This document shows, piece by piece, positions 28,101 through 37,105 of a DNA stretch of 64,000 nucleotides. A model generated the notes under the pieces. The model ran no database searches and was not told the DNA's origin. It was given only the letters and a program-made list of their open reading frames with translations. The translations under genes and the position numbers were made by a program. The number at the start of each line of letters is the position of its first letter. The stretch's first letter is position 1. This stretch comes from Myxococcota bacterium. GTDB taxonomy: Bacteria > Myxococcota_A > UBA9160 > JAFDDA01. The DNA is taken from the NCBI GenBank assembly GCA_965228475.1, contig OZ245817.1, positions 3,680,001 to 3,744,000 on the forward strand. Direction: 5' to 3'.

Positions 28101-28714
28101 GGGTCGAAGCCGGCGGCGGCGAGGCGGGAGAGCGCCGCTTCGGGATCCGCGTAGGCCCGAGGGAGAGCGTGCTCCATGACCTCCCGAACGGCGCGGGTCA
28201 TGCCCTCTTCATCGGCATCGACCTCGAAGGCCGGATGCAGGCCCGCCTCCATCGGGGACTCCGCGAGCAACCGGCGGCAGAAGGCGTGGATCGTGCGGAC
28301 GACGAGCCGGTCTAGGGAGGAGCGCAGCACCTCGGCCCGCGCACGTCGGACCTCCTCGGACGGCAGGGCCTCGACGAAGACGGCCTGGGGATCGGCCCCC
28401 GAGGCGATCTCGCCGAGCCACTCGCCGACGCGCTGGGCCATCTCAGCCGCAGCGGCGTCGGTAAAGGTGATGGCGACGACGCGGGAGAGCGCCCGCTGGG
28501 CCACGCGGTCCGGAACCGCCTCCTCCCCACGCTCGCGCAGCCAGGCCTCGGCCTTGTCCCACCCGGGCCCGAGCGTCCACGCCACGATCCGCGCAACGAG
28601 GATGCTCGTCTTCCCGCTTCCCGCGCCGGCCTCGACGAGCAGGGGCGCAGCGAAGTCCGTCTGGGCGCGTTCCCGCACCGCGCTATCCCGGGCGCGCACC
28701 TCGGCCTCACTCAT
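25157..28714 (-). CDS. addA: UvrD-type helicase-nuclease, AddA-like
   Basis: Walker A AGAGSGKT, LVDEFQDTD, VGDPRQSIYGWRSAD, SIHKAKGLDF, LYVAMTRAR, and C-terminal nuclease GAVDLVY..DYKSD. Confidence 0.88.
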   Translation of the reverse strand: MSEAEVRARDSAVRERAQTDFAAPLLVEAGAGSGKTSILVARIVAWTLGPGWDKAEAWLRERGEEAVPDRVAQRALSRVVAITFTDAAAAEMAQRVGEWLGEIASGADPQAVFVEALPSEEVRRARAEVLRSSLDRLVVRTIHAFCRRLLAESPMEAGLHPAFEVDADEEGMTRAVREVMEHALPRAYADPEAALSRLAAAGFDPQDVEEALLVFVQAGVPSSCLKEDPFSPERVGRFREKLRAACAAFVAAEEGRLVGLRGAKNQGALGSIGDTQSLLEDRLDDSEFVSGLQDIWKENFVDKIDEWASGDFGKTDAIGDRAEPTSAACRSLHPLLDNVLKVDPSTLETWRHALTPLLAEVEARLRTSGIETFAALLADARELVEGKPHVARKVREGIDQLLVDEFQDTDDVQCAIVEALGLQGEPEARPGLFLVGDPRQSIYGWRSADLRSYEAFVAKVEAAGGERLYLTRNFRSLPAVLAEVGRCMEGVMVERPGVQPPFQELLAEREGAGEIEHWLSWRWDAEGAAPGKTRAPEATEIEAQALAEDVTRLHGEGVAWRDVAVLFKAMTNVDAYLDALRDAGVPYTVERDRRYFQRREVIEASALLRTVLDPHDHVALVAWLRSASVGVPDAAWVPLWARGFPEKMSALQGQESEQIPARLEELRACIAEAAAAVAPETPGLGRIEGWEGLLWEGVEALAELRRRLHTEASDDFIEALRTRTLIEVTEAGRYLGPYRVANLDQFFRDVQSDLEETGGDVSEVLRRIRLAVENQAEVEEARPREAADDAVRIMSIHKAKGLDFDHVYLPQLHRGAGGRSPQTRVGRGPQRGEYQLFGVPTLGFGEAEEQRQQIEEAERVRTLYVAMTRARNRLVLIGKHAIKGDSLSGSHAALLAERRAGAETRMAELAGRGEAAERSENGVLWRFPSLAPARAALAVAAAAGDPLPDLATIRSEAAALATRREESRAREQRARSRAASSHEAERDAAREENFPTEDGGVRRRQSGREAETAAAIGTALHAALERWPEGAGREEGLVAARGVMAATLAGLLPPARFGDAEAEANAALAAFAETPLFERFRALESRVVARELPVLLPPGEEDPALGYVVGAVDLVYRDEDGALVVADYKSDVLESDAALDERVARYAAQGEVYVRAVREALALEEAPRFELWFLSRGEAVTVPPA

Positions 28715-31700
28715 CGTCGAACCCCATTCGCCAGACCCCGAGGAGCGCGTCGGCCTGGGCTCCGGCGCCGCTCGCGCCTGTCTCGGACCACTCGGACAGA
28801 CGCCGGCGGGCGCCCGAGTCGCCGCGCGCGCAGGCGATCTTCACTTCGCACCACTCACAGGTGGCCGGCTCGTCGCCGTTCTTGAGGTCGAGCAGGCGCG
28901 GTACGAAGGTGCCGGCATCGCTCGCCGCGACGACCCGACCGACCGCGCGCCGGAATGCCTCCTTCAGTGCGTCGTCCCCGGGCCCCACTTCGTAGACCCG
29001 GCTGCGATCCTCGACTTCGGGCTTCAGGAAGAGGAAGCGCCCTCGGGCACCCGGCGAAGCCTCGGAGTAGGCCGCGGCTTGGAGCGCGCTGCCCATGCGC
29101 ACCCCCTTCAGGAGGTTTTCGGCGCGCTTCTCCGGCTTGGCGCCCTTCAGCTCGACGCCCCCCGCCTTTGCGTTTCCCGTCTTGTAGTCCGTGAAGATCC
29201 TCCCGCCCGGCTCTCCGTCCACCCGGTCCGCCCGGAACCAGAGGGTCTTCGCACCGGAGGGCGTCGGGACCTCGGCGCTGCCCACGGCTTCCACGCAGGC
29301 GACGCCGACCGGTCCGTCCTCCCAATCGGTGCAGCGCGCGACGTCGAGGAACCCGAGGATGCGCTCCGCCAGGAGAGCGGCGTAGCCGGGAACGGCGATG
29401 CCTTCCTCGAAGAGCAGCTTGCGCGCCGCGTCGACGGACCAACCGCGGAGCCGCTCCTCGCTCGGCCAGGGGACCGGCTGCGCCGTGGCCGCCTCGAGCT
29501 CGCGCGGATCCTCGCCGAGCGCCTCGACGGCGATGCGTTCGAGCACGTCGTGGACCAGGCGCCCCTGCAACAGGGCACTCGCGGCGGGGAGCGCTTCGAG
29601 CGCGTCCGGCGGGCGCTCCAGGCGGAGCATGCGCGTCAGAAACGCCTGCCACGGACAGCGCGCGATGGCCTCGACCGTGGTGACCCAGAGCGCGCCGTGG
29701 CGGAGATCCTTCGCCTCCCGAGCGGGGCCGACGTGGCCGAAGTACGGGCCGAGCAAGGACTCCGGATCCGTGCGCGCCTCGAACTCCTTGCGGACACGAT
29801 CGCGCGCCGCCGCGTTCTCGCGCGAACCGCCCGCCTCGTCCACCGCCTCCGCGAGCAGCTCTCGCTGTCGCTTCGGGCTGGCGTGGAGGCCGGCGAGGAG
29901 GGCCCACTCGTGGGCCGGGCGCATCGAGTGGCCGCCTTCCGGGGACTCCGGCTCGGGCACGAAGGCGGTGGGGACGAGCTCCGTCTCCTGCTTGGGCGCA
30001 AGCAAACGATCGACCAGGGGCGAAGGCGCCTTGGCCTTGCCGTCGTCACCGAGGATCTGCCAGGAAAGCGTGACGTCGGCGCTCGCGGAGAGGAGCTGCG
30101 CAAAGAGGAAGCGTTCTTCGTCGTGACCGCGCTTCATCACCGGAAGCTCCGGGAGGATCTCCTGGAGCGGCTCGCGGACCTCGTCCGGCAGCAGCGGATC
30201 ATCGGAAACGACGCGCGGGAACTGATCGCGGTTCAGGCCCAGCACGAAGAGGTGCCCGAAGGTCCGGCCGCGTGCCTCGGCGACGTCGAGCACCTGGACA
30301 CCCCCGCCGGCGCCACCGAGCGGTTCGTGGTTGCGCTGGAAGGCCCGCTCGATCACGAGCGCAAGCTCCGCGCGAGCGAGCGCGCCCTCGGGCGGGAGCG
30401 TGCGCCCCAGGTCTTCGAGCCGGGCGACGACCTCGCGGCTCGCTTCGTCCTTCCCCCAGCCGAGCCCCTTCCGCGCGAGCGCGATGGCCCGCTCGAGCTG
30501 CTCTCCGAAGGCGGCGCTCTCCGCGGCATCCTCGAGCCCGGTGACGACTTCCCGGGCTCGACGGATCCCTTCCTCGAGCGTTCTCACGCCCAGGGACCGG
30601 CGCTCCGCAAACCGATCCGAGCCCTCCTTGCGGGGGTCGGGCTCCGGGGAAGCCTCTTCGACCCCTTCCGCCTCCGCGGAACCACCGCCGAGGCCCCGCC
30701 GCACGGGCAGGGGCAGGCGGCCCGCCCCTCGCAGGGCCTCCTCCGCATCGAGGGCGGCGAGATCCCCGAGCCGTGCCACGCCGAGGGCATGCAGCCCGAG
30801 CCGAAGATCGTCGCGTCGAACGGCATCGATGCCGCCGAGCGCGTTCACGAACCGATCGACGGGGAAGCGCTCGGCCAGGCGGAGCAGATCCACGAGCAGG
30901 GAAGCGCGGCGTCCGGCCGGCGTGAGCGGGCCGCTGAGCCCCACACCGGAGAACGGGATGCCGAAGCGTCGGAACTGGACGCGAAGTGGCGAGGCGTAGA
31001 GGTGGGGCGTCCGGGTCACGACCGCCATGTCCTCCCAGGCGGCCCCCTGCTCTCGGAGGGCGAGCAGGCGGCGCCCGACCGCGCGGACCTCGGCGTCGGT
31101 CCCGGGGGCGCGGAAGAAGCTCCGCTGGCAGGTCTGCGCGGCCCCATCGCCGTCGGCCCCGGGAAGCGTCGCGGCAAGGGGCGCGACGCGCGCTTCGAAG
31201 CGGCGGGCGAACTCCACCCCAAGGTCCGGCCGCGCCGGGTCCAGCGGGTCGGGCGGGCGATCGAGCAGGACCAGCGACGGCCGCTGGCGCACGAGCTCGC
31301 GGAGCAGGTCCGTCACCAGACCCGTCGCGTCCGCATAGCCGTGGAGCAGAACCCGCGCGGCCGGGAAACTCTCGGGGCTCTTCTCGAGCGCTTCGCGGGC
31401 CTGCCGCAGGACGTCGCCCATCCGGCCCAGACCTCGGCCGGCCAGCTCGCGGCGCACCCCCAGCGCCGTCTGTGCGACGGCGGCCGCGCGCAGCCAGGGC
31501 CCGTCCCGGCGGCCCGACGATTCGAAGAAGTCCTCCACCGCCGGCGCCGTGGCTTCGTCGAGCCCGGCGTCGAGCAGGTCCGAGACGGCCGCGGTGACGG
31601 CGCCGTAGCCGTCGACGAGTTCAGCGAGAGCCGCGAGCCCGGGCACGGCCCGCGCCGCCTGCTGCGCGAGGACCGGGAACCACTCGGCTCCACGCAGCGG

Positions 31701-31997
31701 CTTCTCCCCCGCGCGCTCGAGGATCTGCAGAGCCACCGTGTGGTGCGTCTGGACCGAGACGCCCGCGACCGCGCCGAACTCCCGAACCAGTCGGGTCGCC
31801 ACGTGGTCTCGCAGGCTGCGGGAAGGAACGACGATCACCATCGGCCGGACGAGCCGCGCCGGTTCCTTCCGGACGGCGGCGTGCCAGGCAGCGACCTCCT
31901 CGAGGAGCTTCGCCTCGACGACGCGCGCACCGCGCCCGACGAAGACGGCATCCTCGCGCGCAGGTTCCCCCATCGCCATTTCCATCTGTTCGGCCAC
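28707..31997 (-). CDS. addB: AddB-like partner with PD-(D/E)XK nuclease and Fe-S cysteines
   Basis: Degenerate helicase body, ARGRTFGHLFVLGLNRDQFP, CPWQ..RADRVD..DYKTG..CEWCEVKIAC (four-Cys staple). Overlaps the addA start. Confidence 0.8.
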   Translation of the reverse strand: MAEQMEMAMGEPAREDAVFVGRGARVVEAKLLEEVAAWHAAVRKEPARLVRPMVIVVPSRSLRDHVATRLVREFGAVAGVSVQTHHTVALQILERAGEKPLRGAEWFPVLAQQAARAVPGLAALAELVDGYGAVTAAVSDLLDAGLDEATAPAVEDFFESSGRRDGPWLRAAAVAQTALGVRRELAGRGLGRMGDVLRQAREALEKSPESFPAARVLLHGYADATGLVTDLLRELVRQRPSLVLLDRPPDPLDPARPDLGVEFARRFEARVAPLAATLPGADGDGAAQTCQRSFFRAPGTDAEVRAVGRRLLALREQGAAWEDMAVVTRTPHLYASPLRVQFRRFGIPFSGVGLSGPLTPAGRRASLLVDLLRLAERFPVDRFVNALGGIDAVRRDDLRLGLHALGVARLGDLAALDAEEALRGAGRLPLPVRRGLGGGSAEAEGVEEASPEPDPRKEGSDRFAERRSLGVRTLEEGIRRAREVVTGLEDAAESAAFGEQLERAIALARKGLGWGKDEASREVVARLEDLGRTLPPEGALARAELALVIERAFQRNHEPLGGAGGGVQVLDVAEARGRTFGHLFVLGLNRDQFPRVVSDDPLLPDEVREPLQEILPELPVMKRGHDEERFLFAQLLSASADVTLSWQILGDDGKAKAPSPLVDRLLAPKQETELVPTAFVPEPESPEGGHSMRPAHEWALLAGLHASPKRQRELLAEAVDEAGGSRENAAARDRVRKEFEARTDPESLLGPYFGHVGPAREAKDLRHGALWVTTVEAIARCPWQAFLTRMLRLERPPDALEALPAASALLQGRLVHDVLERIAVEALGEDPRELEAATAQPVPWPSEERLRGWSVDAARKLLFEEGIAVPGYAALLAERILGFLDVARCTDWEDGPVGVACVEAVGSAEVPTPSGAKTLWFRADRVDGEPGGRIFTDYKTGNAKAGGVELKGAKPEKRAENLLKGVRMGSALQAAAYSEASPGARGRFLFLKPEVEDRSRVYEVGPGDDALKEAFRRAVGRVVAASDAGTFVPRLLDLKNGDEPATCEWCEVKIACARGDSGARRRLSEWSETGASGAGAQADALLGVWRMGFDDE

Positions 31998-32022
31998 GAA
32001 GCGAGGTTACCGCGGCGGCGGG

Positions 32023-32073
32023 TCGAATCCGGTCACACCCCGGATTCGAAACCAGGATCGAAACAGGGTTCGA
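32023..32073. promoter_or_regulatory. Inverted repeat and SOS-box-like palindromes upstream of addB
   Basis: 10-bp perfect stem TCGAATCCGG/CCGGATTCGA (32023-32049); TCGAAA-CAGG-GTTCGA (32058-32073). Confidence 0.35.
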
Positions 32074-32085
32074 GCGGGCGGCGGG

Positions 32086-32952
32086 TCACGCTCCCGCGGC
32101 CGCGCGCTCCATCTCGGCGATCATGGCTTCGTAACCCTCGCGGAACGTCGGGTAGGAGAACGCGAAGCCCGTCGCCCGCAGCCGCGCATTGCGGCAGCGC
32201 TTCCCCGACGTGCGCGGGGCCTCGCTCGTGGCCGTGGGCGGCGACGGCGCGCCGAGCCGCGACGCCAGCCAGGTGAGCACCTCGCCCCGTTCGGCGGGCT
32301 CGTCGTCGACGCCGAGGTAGAGCCCCTCGAGCGCATCGAGCACGAGCAGGTGGGCGAGCGCCCGGGCTGCGTCGTCCCGATGGATCCGGTTCGTGTAGTG
32401 CGGCGCCGCCGGGCGTTCCGCCTCCCCGCGACGCACGCTCTCGAGCAGTCGCGTTCGGCCGGGGCCGTAGATCCCCCCGAGGCGCAGAGCGGAACCCGCT
32501 CCGCCGTGGCTCGCCACGAGCGCTTCCGCCTCGAGCATGATCGCCCCGCGGAAGCTCGCCGGCTCGGCCGGGCTCGTCTCCTCGACCCACTCGCCGGAAT
32601 CCTGGCCATGGACGGAGGTGCTCGACGTGAACAGGAGGCGAGGCGCCATGCCCGCGGCCGCAGCAGCATCGATCACGTTCGCCAGACCCGTCACGTAGGC
32701 ACGCCGGTAGGCCGGCTCATCGCGGCCGTCGGCCGCGGCGGTGTAGGCGATCGCATCGAGGCCGCCGGCGAACACGGGCGAGAGCGCCTCGCGCAGCGCC
32801 GCCGACACCGAGAGGTCCGCCGCGACGCCGGTGACACCCTCCGGTACGGCGGACGCGTTCCGCCGAAGGCCGAAGACCTCGTGCCCGGCTTCCGCAAGCA
32901 ACCCTGCCAGGGCGCCCCCCACATACCCACACCCGGCCACCAGAACCCGCAC
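32086..32952 (-). CDS. NAD-dependent epimerase / atypical SDR (YeeZ-like)
   Basis: VLVAGCGYVG, FTSSTSVHG, LRLGGIYGPGR and TNRIHRDDAA motifs; GGAGG RBS. Confidence 0.88.
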   Translation of the reverse strand: MRVLVAGCGYVGGALAGLLAEAGHEVFGLRRNASAVPEGVTGVAADLSVSAALREALSPVFAGGLDAIAYTAAADGRDEPAYRRAYVTGLANVIDAAAAAGMAPRLLFTSSTSVHGQDSGEWVEETSPAEPASFRGAIMLEAEALVASHGGAGSALRLGGIYGPGRTRLLESVRRGEAERPAAPHYTNRIHRDDAARALAHLLVLDALEGLYLGVDDEPAERGEVLTWLASRLGAPSPPTATSEAPRTSGKRCRNARLRATGFAFSYPTFREGYEAMIAEMERAAAGA

Positions 32953-33006
32953 GAGACCTCCCGTCCTTCGGGATGATAGGATCCGCAGCGTCCTTTCGGA
33001 GGCCCC

Positions 33007-33945
33007 ATGACGCGACCGGTCCACTTCGGTGTCACGCTCCCGCAGATCAAGCGCTCCTGGCAGGAGACGCGCGAGGCGGCCACCACCTTCGACGAGCTCG
33101 GCTTCGATTCGGTCTGGGTGTGTGACCACCTCTACGGCGTGCCGCTGCCGACCCTCCCGATCCTCGAGGCCTACACCCTGCTCTCGGCGGTGGCCGCGGT
33201 GACGGAGCGCGTCGAGCTCGGCGCCCTCGTGACGCCTCCGTTCTTCCGGAACCCGGCCGTCCTCGCCAAGCAGATCGCCACGATCGACCAGATCTCGAAC
33301 GGGCGCGCCATCGCGGGGCTCGGGGCCGGCTGGTTCGAAGCGGAGTTCCAGGGCTACGGCTGCGAGTTTCCGGGCCTCGGGGCGCGCATGAAGGCCCTCG
33401 AAGAAGAAGTGACGATCCTGAAGGCGCTCTGGACCGAGGAGCGCGCGAGCTTCGAGGGCGAACACTTCCGTGTCGCCGACGTCGTGTGCGAACCCAAGCC
33501 GGTGCGGCGCCCGCCCATCCTGATCGGCGGGAGCGGCGAGCGCGTCCTGATGGGGATCGTCGCGCGCCACGCGGACGTCTGGAACAACCTCGCCGTCTTC
33601 CAGCCGCAGCTCGAAGCCAAGATCGCGGCGCTCCACCGGCGCTGCGAGGAAGAAGGCCGCGACCCGGCCACGCTGACGGTCTCCCAGCAGTGCGTCGTGG
33701 TCCTCGCCGAGGACGAGGCCGGCGCCACGGAGGCCCTCGCCAAGGCCCAGAAGATCTACGGAGGCCACATGGGGGGAAACCTCGAAGCCCATGGCATCTG
33801 GGGGCACCCCGAAGCCGTCGTCGAACGGATCGCGCGCCACGTGGAGCTCGGCTGCACGAGCTTCGTGATGGAGTTCTTCGGCCGCGATACCCGCGTCCCG
33901 GCGCGCCTGTTCGCCGAGAAGGTCCTCCCCGCCTTCCGCTCCTAA
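33007..33945 (+). CDS. LLM-class flavin (possibly F420)-dependent oxidoreductase
   Basis: GFDSVWVCDH, RNPAVLAKQIATIDQISNGR, GLGAGWFEAE and PPILIGGSGE motifs. Confidence 0.9.
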   Translation: MTRPVHFGVTLPQIKRSWQETREAATTFDELGFDSVWVCDHLYGVPLPTLPILEAYTLLSAVAAVTERVELGALVTPPFFRNPAVLAKQIATIDQISNGRAIAGLGAGWFEAEFQGYGCEFPGLGARMKALEEEVTILKALWTEERASFEGEHFRVADVVCEPKPVRRPPILIGGSGERVLMGIVARHADVWNNLAVFQPQLEAKIAALHRRCEEEGRDPATLTVSQQCVVVLAEDEAGATEALAKAQKIYGGHMGGNLEAHGIWGHPEAVVERIARHVELGCTSFVMEFFGRDTRVPARLFAEKVLPAFRS

Positions 33946-33949
33946 GCGC

Positions 33950-33980
33950 CTCAAGTCGAGGCTCGAGGCACCCGATTTTC
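33950..33980 (+). promoter_or_regulatory. Sigma-28 (FliA)-like promoter of the PilZ gene
   Basis: CTCAAG-N15-CCCGATTTTC ends 63 nt before the PilZ ATG. Same spacing as the element at 18826. Confidence 0.6.
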
Positions 33981-34043
33981 TGTGACGGACGCGTGCGTTC
34001 GCGCTCGGGGTTTCCCCCTGCGCGAGGGAGAGAAGTCCGCCGC

Positions 34044-34745
34044 ATGGCCTCGAAGAAGAAGAACCACAAGCGCGCCCTCCAGGAGGGTGCCACCGTGCAG
34101 CTCCAGCGCGAGGACGGCGAGACCCTGCGCGGCGTGGTGATGCGCATCGAGGACGATCTGCTCGACGTGGTCGTCCGCGCCCGGGTCGAGCAGGGGGAGC
34201 TGCTCCGCCTCTCGCGGACCGTCCAGAACGACGCCCGCTACACGGCGGTCATCGAGGTGGTCGAATCCGGGACGGGCCGCTCCCGCGTCCGCCTCGTCGG
34301 CGACTGGCAGCGCATCCAGATGCGGGAGTACGTCCGCGTCTCGGTCTTCGGGATCCCCCTCGACGTCCGGCGCGACGAAGAGCTCGAAACGATGAGCCAG
34401 CGCGAAGCGCGGCTCCGGCGGCTGCGCGCGGTCGAGGAGGAGGACGAGCGGCCCTCCCGCCTGCTCGACCTCTCCGGAGGCGGCCTGCGGTTCGAGAGCC
34501 GCGAGCGCTTCTCCGAGGGCGAGAACGTCGAGTTCGACTTCACCCTGCCCGAGACGGGTCCGCTCCACCTCCGAGGCGAGATCGTCCGGGTGCTGGCGGT
34601 CGCGGAAGCGAACGAAGACAGCGGCGAGCCCGAGGGGTTCAACCAGTACGGCGTCCGCTTCCTCAGCGTGGCCGAGTCCGACCGCGTGAAGATCATGACC
34701 TGGGTCTTCGGCGAACAGGCCGCTCGCTTCCGCGAGTCCAAGTAG
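34044..34745 (+). CDS. PilZ-domain c-di-GMP receptor (YcgR-like flagellar brake architecture)
   Basis: N-terminal beta-rich domain, then RxxxR (REYVR) and DxSxxG (DLSGGG), YGVRF, C-terminal helix. Confidence 0.82.
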   Translation: MASKKKNHKRALQEGATVQLQREDGETLRGVVMRIEDDLLDVVVRARVEQGELLRLSRTVQNDARYTAVIEVVESGTGRSRVRLVGDWQRIQMREYVRVSVFGIPLDVRRDEELETMSQREARLRRLRAVEEEDERPSRLLDLSGGGLRFESRERFSEGENVEFDFTLPETGPLHLRGEIVRVLAVAEANEDSGEPEGFNQYGVRFLSVAESDRVKIMTWVFGEQAARFRESK

Positions 34746-34758
34746 GCGGGACTGCCCC

Positions 34759-35631
34759 CTACCCTTCGCCCGCGCCCTCCCGGCGCCGCACGAGCCCTTC
34801 CTGGATCACCGACACCACCAGCTCGCCTTCGCGCGTGTACAGGTGCCCCATGGTGAAGCCGCGCGCGCCGAAGGCGTTCGGGCTGTGCTGGTCGTAGAGC
34901 AGCCACTCGTCCGCACGGAAGGGCCGGTGGAACCACATGGCGTGGTCGAGGCTCGCCATCTGGTGGCCGTCGTCGCTCCAGGCGATGCCGTGGGGCAGGA
35001 GCGCCGTGTCGATCAACGTCATGTCCGAGACGTAGGCCACCGTGCACTGGTGATAGAGGGCATGGTCCGGCAGCGGCCCGCGCGAGCGGATCCAGAGCTG
35101 TTGCCGGGGCGAACGCTTGCGCGGCTCGAAGGGATTGCTCGGGTCGACCCAGCGCATCTCGAAGGGCCGCTCGCGCGTGTGCATCTCGCGCTCTTCCGGA
35201 GGCATGTGGCGCGTGTGCTCCGCCATCCACTCCTCGCGCGAAACGAGGCTCTCGGGCTCCGGCACGTCCGGCATCGAAGCCTGGTGCTCCGGGCCGGGCT
35301 GATCGGGCTGGAAGGAGGCCGTCAGGTGGAAGATCGGCCGGCCGTGCTGGATGGCCTGGGAGCGCCGCGTGGTGAAGCTCCGGCCATCCCGAATCCGGTC
35401 CACCAGGTAGAGGATGGGCGTCTTGGGGTCCCCGGGCCGGAGGAAGTAGGAGTGGAGCGAGTGGCAGAAGCCCTTGTCGACGGTTCGGTAGGCGGCAACG
35501 AGAGCCTGGCCTGCGACCTGGCCACCGAAGACGCGCTGGCGGTCTTCGTCCGGGCTGCGGCCTCGGAACACGTTGACCTCGAGCTCCTCCAGATCGAGGA
35601 GGTCGAGCAGGCCATCAAGCGTCTTGGACAT
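34759..35631 (-). CDS. tesB: Acyl-CoA thioesterase II
   Basis: RVFGGQVAGQAL, HSLHSYFLRPGD, RDGRSFTTR, ASLDHAMWFH and QEGLVR motifs. Confidence 0.93.
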   Translation of the reverse strand: MSKTLDGLLDLLDLEELEVNVFRGRSPDEDRQRVFGGQVAGQALVAAYRTVDKGFCHSLHSYFLRPGDPKTPILYLVDRIRDGRSFTTRRSQAIQHGRPIFHLTASFQPDQPGPEHQASMPDVPEPESLVSREEWMAEHTRHMPPEEREMHTRERPFEMRWVDPSNPFEPRKRSPRQQLWIRSRGPLPDHALYHQCTVAYVSDMTLIDTALLPHGIAWSDDGHQMASLDHAMWFHRPFRADEWLLYDQHSPNAFGARGFTMGHLYTREGELVVSVIQEGLVRRREGAGEG

Positions 35632-36991
35632 CCGGGGGCTCCGTGGGCGCGGAGACGAACTCGGGCGACTGTAGCGCGCGCGGCTGGATCTCGATCGTCT
35701 TGGGCGAAGGGAGCTCGGCGTCGGTCACCGCGCCGAGCTCCTTCATCCGGCGGCCGCTCGGCACGACCCGGGTCTCGAGCGTCCCGACCGCGCTGTTGTA
35801 CTTGTCGACGGAGCTCTTGAGGCTCTTCCCGAGCGCCTCGAAGTGCTCGGCGAGCTTGGCGACCCGCCGGTACAGCTCGCGCCCCTCGTCGCTGATCTCG
35901 CGGGCGTTCTCGGCGAGCTGTTCCTGGTTCCAACCGAGGTGGATCGCGCGCAGGATCGCGATCAGGGTGGTCGGGCTCGCCAGCAGCACCCCCTTGTTGA
36001 ACCCGTCCTCGATCAGCTTCGGGTCCTGCGCCAGGGCCGCGCTGTAGAAGACCTCGCCCGGAAGGAACATCACGACGAAGTCCGGAGCCTCGGTGAACTG
36101 CTTCTGGTAGGCCTTGCTCCCGAGCTGGTTCATGTGCTCCCGAACGTGCTTGGCGTGCGCGGCCAGCCCGCGCTCCCGCACCTCAGGATCGGTCGCCTCC
36201 ATCGCGCTCATGTAGGAATCGAGGGGCGCCTTCGAGTCGACCACGATGGCGGCACCGCCGGGGAGGTCGACCACGAGGTCGGGCCGGAGCTTCCCCTCTT
36301 CGCCGTCGATCGACGCCTGCTCCCGGAAGTCGCAGTGGGCCTGCATCCCGGCGAGCTCGACCGCCCGGCGAAGATGGATCTCGCCCCAGCGCCCCCGGGC
36401 CGTCGGCTGCCGCAGGGCCTGGACGAGCTTGGACGTCTCGCCGCGCAGCTCGCGGTGGGCCTTGTCCACGTGAGAGAGGGTCTCGCGCAGCGAAGCGTGC
36501 TGGACGGCACGCTCCTTTTCGACCGCGCCGAGCTTCTCGTCGACCTTGCCGAGGGACTCGCGGATCGGCGCCACCAGGTCGTCGAAGGCCTTCTGCTTGC
36601 CCTCGAGGTTCTGCTCCGCCGCCTTGTGCAGCCCATCGAACTGGGTCCGGGCGAGCTGGAGGAAATCCTCCTTGCTCGTGCGCAGCACGTCGCCGGCGAG
36701 CTTCTCGAACTGGTCGGCCATCTTCTTCTCGGCATCGAGCATGAGCTGGAGCTTCTCGGCCGTGGCCTCCCGCTCCTGCCGGAGCTGCTCCTCGAGCCGC
36801 ACGTTGCGCCCGCGCAGCACCGCCCAGACGACCAGCGAACCGACGAGGAGGCCGCCGAGCGCCAGGGCCACCAGGGGCAGCCAGGCCTCGCCCGCAGGCA
36901 GCGCCGCCAGGACGGCCTCCCAGACCTCGGGACCCTCCGGCACCGGCGCGGCCTCCGGCCGGCCCCCCTGAACGCTTTCGGAACTGTCCAT
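35615..36991 (-). CDS. rmuC: DNA recombination protein RmuC
   Basis: N-terminal TM segment and coiled coil; RGRWGE, LRPDLVVDLPG, VDSKAP, PDFVVMFLPGE and SPTTLIAIL motifs. Confidence 0.92.
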   Translation of the reverse strand: MDSSESVQGGRPEAAPVPEGPEVWEAVLAALPAGEAWLPLVALALGGLLVGSLVVWAVLRGRNVRLEEQLRQEREATAEKLQLMLDAEKKMADQFEKLAGDVLRTSKEDFLQLARTQFDGLHKAAEQNLEGKQKAFDDLVAPIRESLGKVDEKLGAVEKERAVQHASLRETLSHVDKAHRELRGETSKLVQALRQPTARGRWGEIHLRRAVELAGMQAHCDFREQASIDGEEGKLRPDLVVDLPGGAAIVVDSKAPLDSYMSAMEATDPEVRERGLAAHAKHVREHMNQLGSKAYQKQFTEAPDFVVMFLPGEVFYSAALAQDPKLIEDGFNKGVLLASPTTLIAILRAIHLGWNQEQLAENAREISDEGRELYRRVAKLAEHFEALGKSLKSSVDKYNSAVGTLETRVVPSGRRMKELGAVTDAELPSPKTIEIQPRALQSPEFVSAPTEPPDVQDA

Positions 36992-37064
36992 GACCCCCCC
37001 GATCGCAAGATAACGAAGCGATTCCGGGAGTATCGAAACGCCGTGTGACGGATCCGGTCACGGC

Positions 37065-37086
37065 AAAGAAGGCCCCGAACGGGCCT
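37065..37086 (-). terminator. Probable intrinsic terminator after typA
   Basis: Minus strand AGGCCC-GTTCG-GGGCCT followed by TCTTT, about 20 nt after the typA stop. Confidence 0.55.
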
Positions 37087-37105
37087 CTAGAGGGGCGCGG
37101 GCGGC

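Noticed and set aside
25157..31997. Helicase plus Cas4-like nuclease as a defence system
   Set aside because: Order, size and motifs fit housekeeping AddAB, and there are no defence-island or CRISPR features nearby.
37045..37061. GTGAC-GGATCCG-GTCAC as a third copy of the CTGACG operator or a CRP site
   Set aside because: The spacing (TGAC-N7-GTCA) fits neither TGAC-N5-GTCA nor TGTGA-N6-TCACA.
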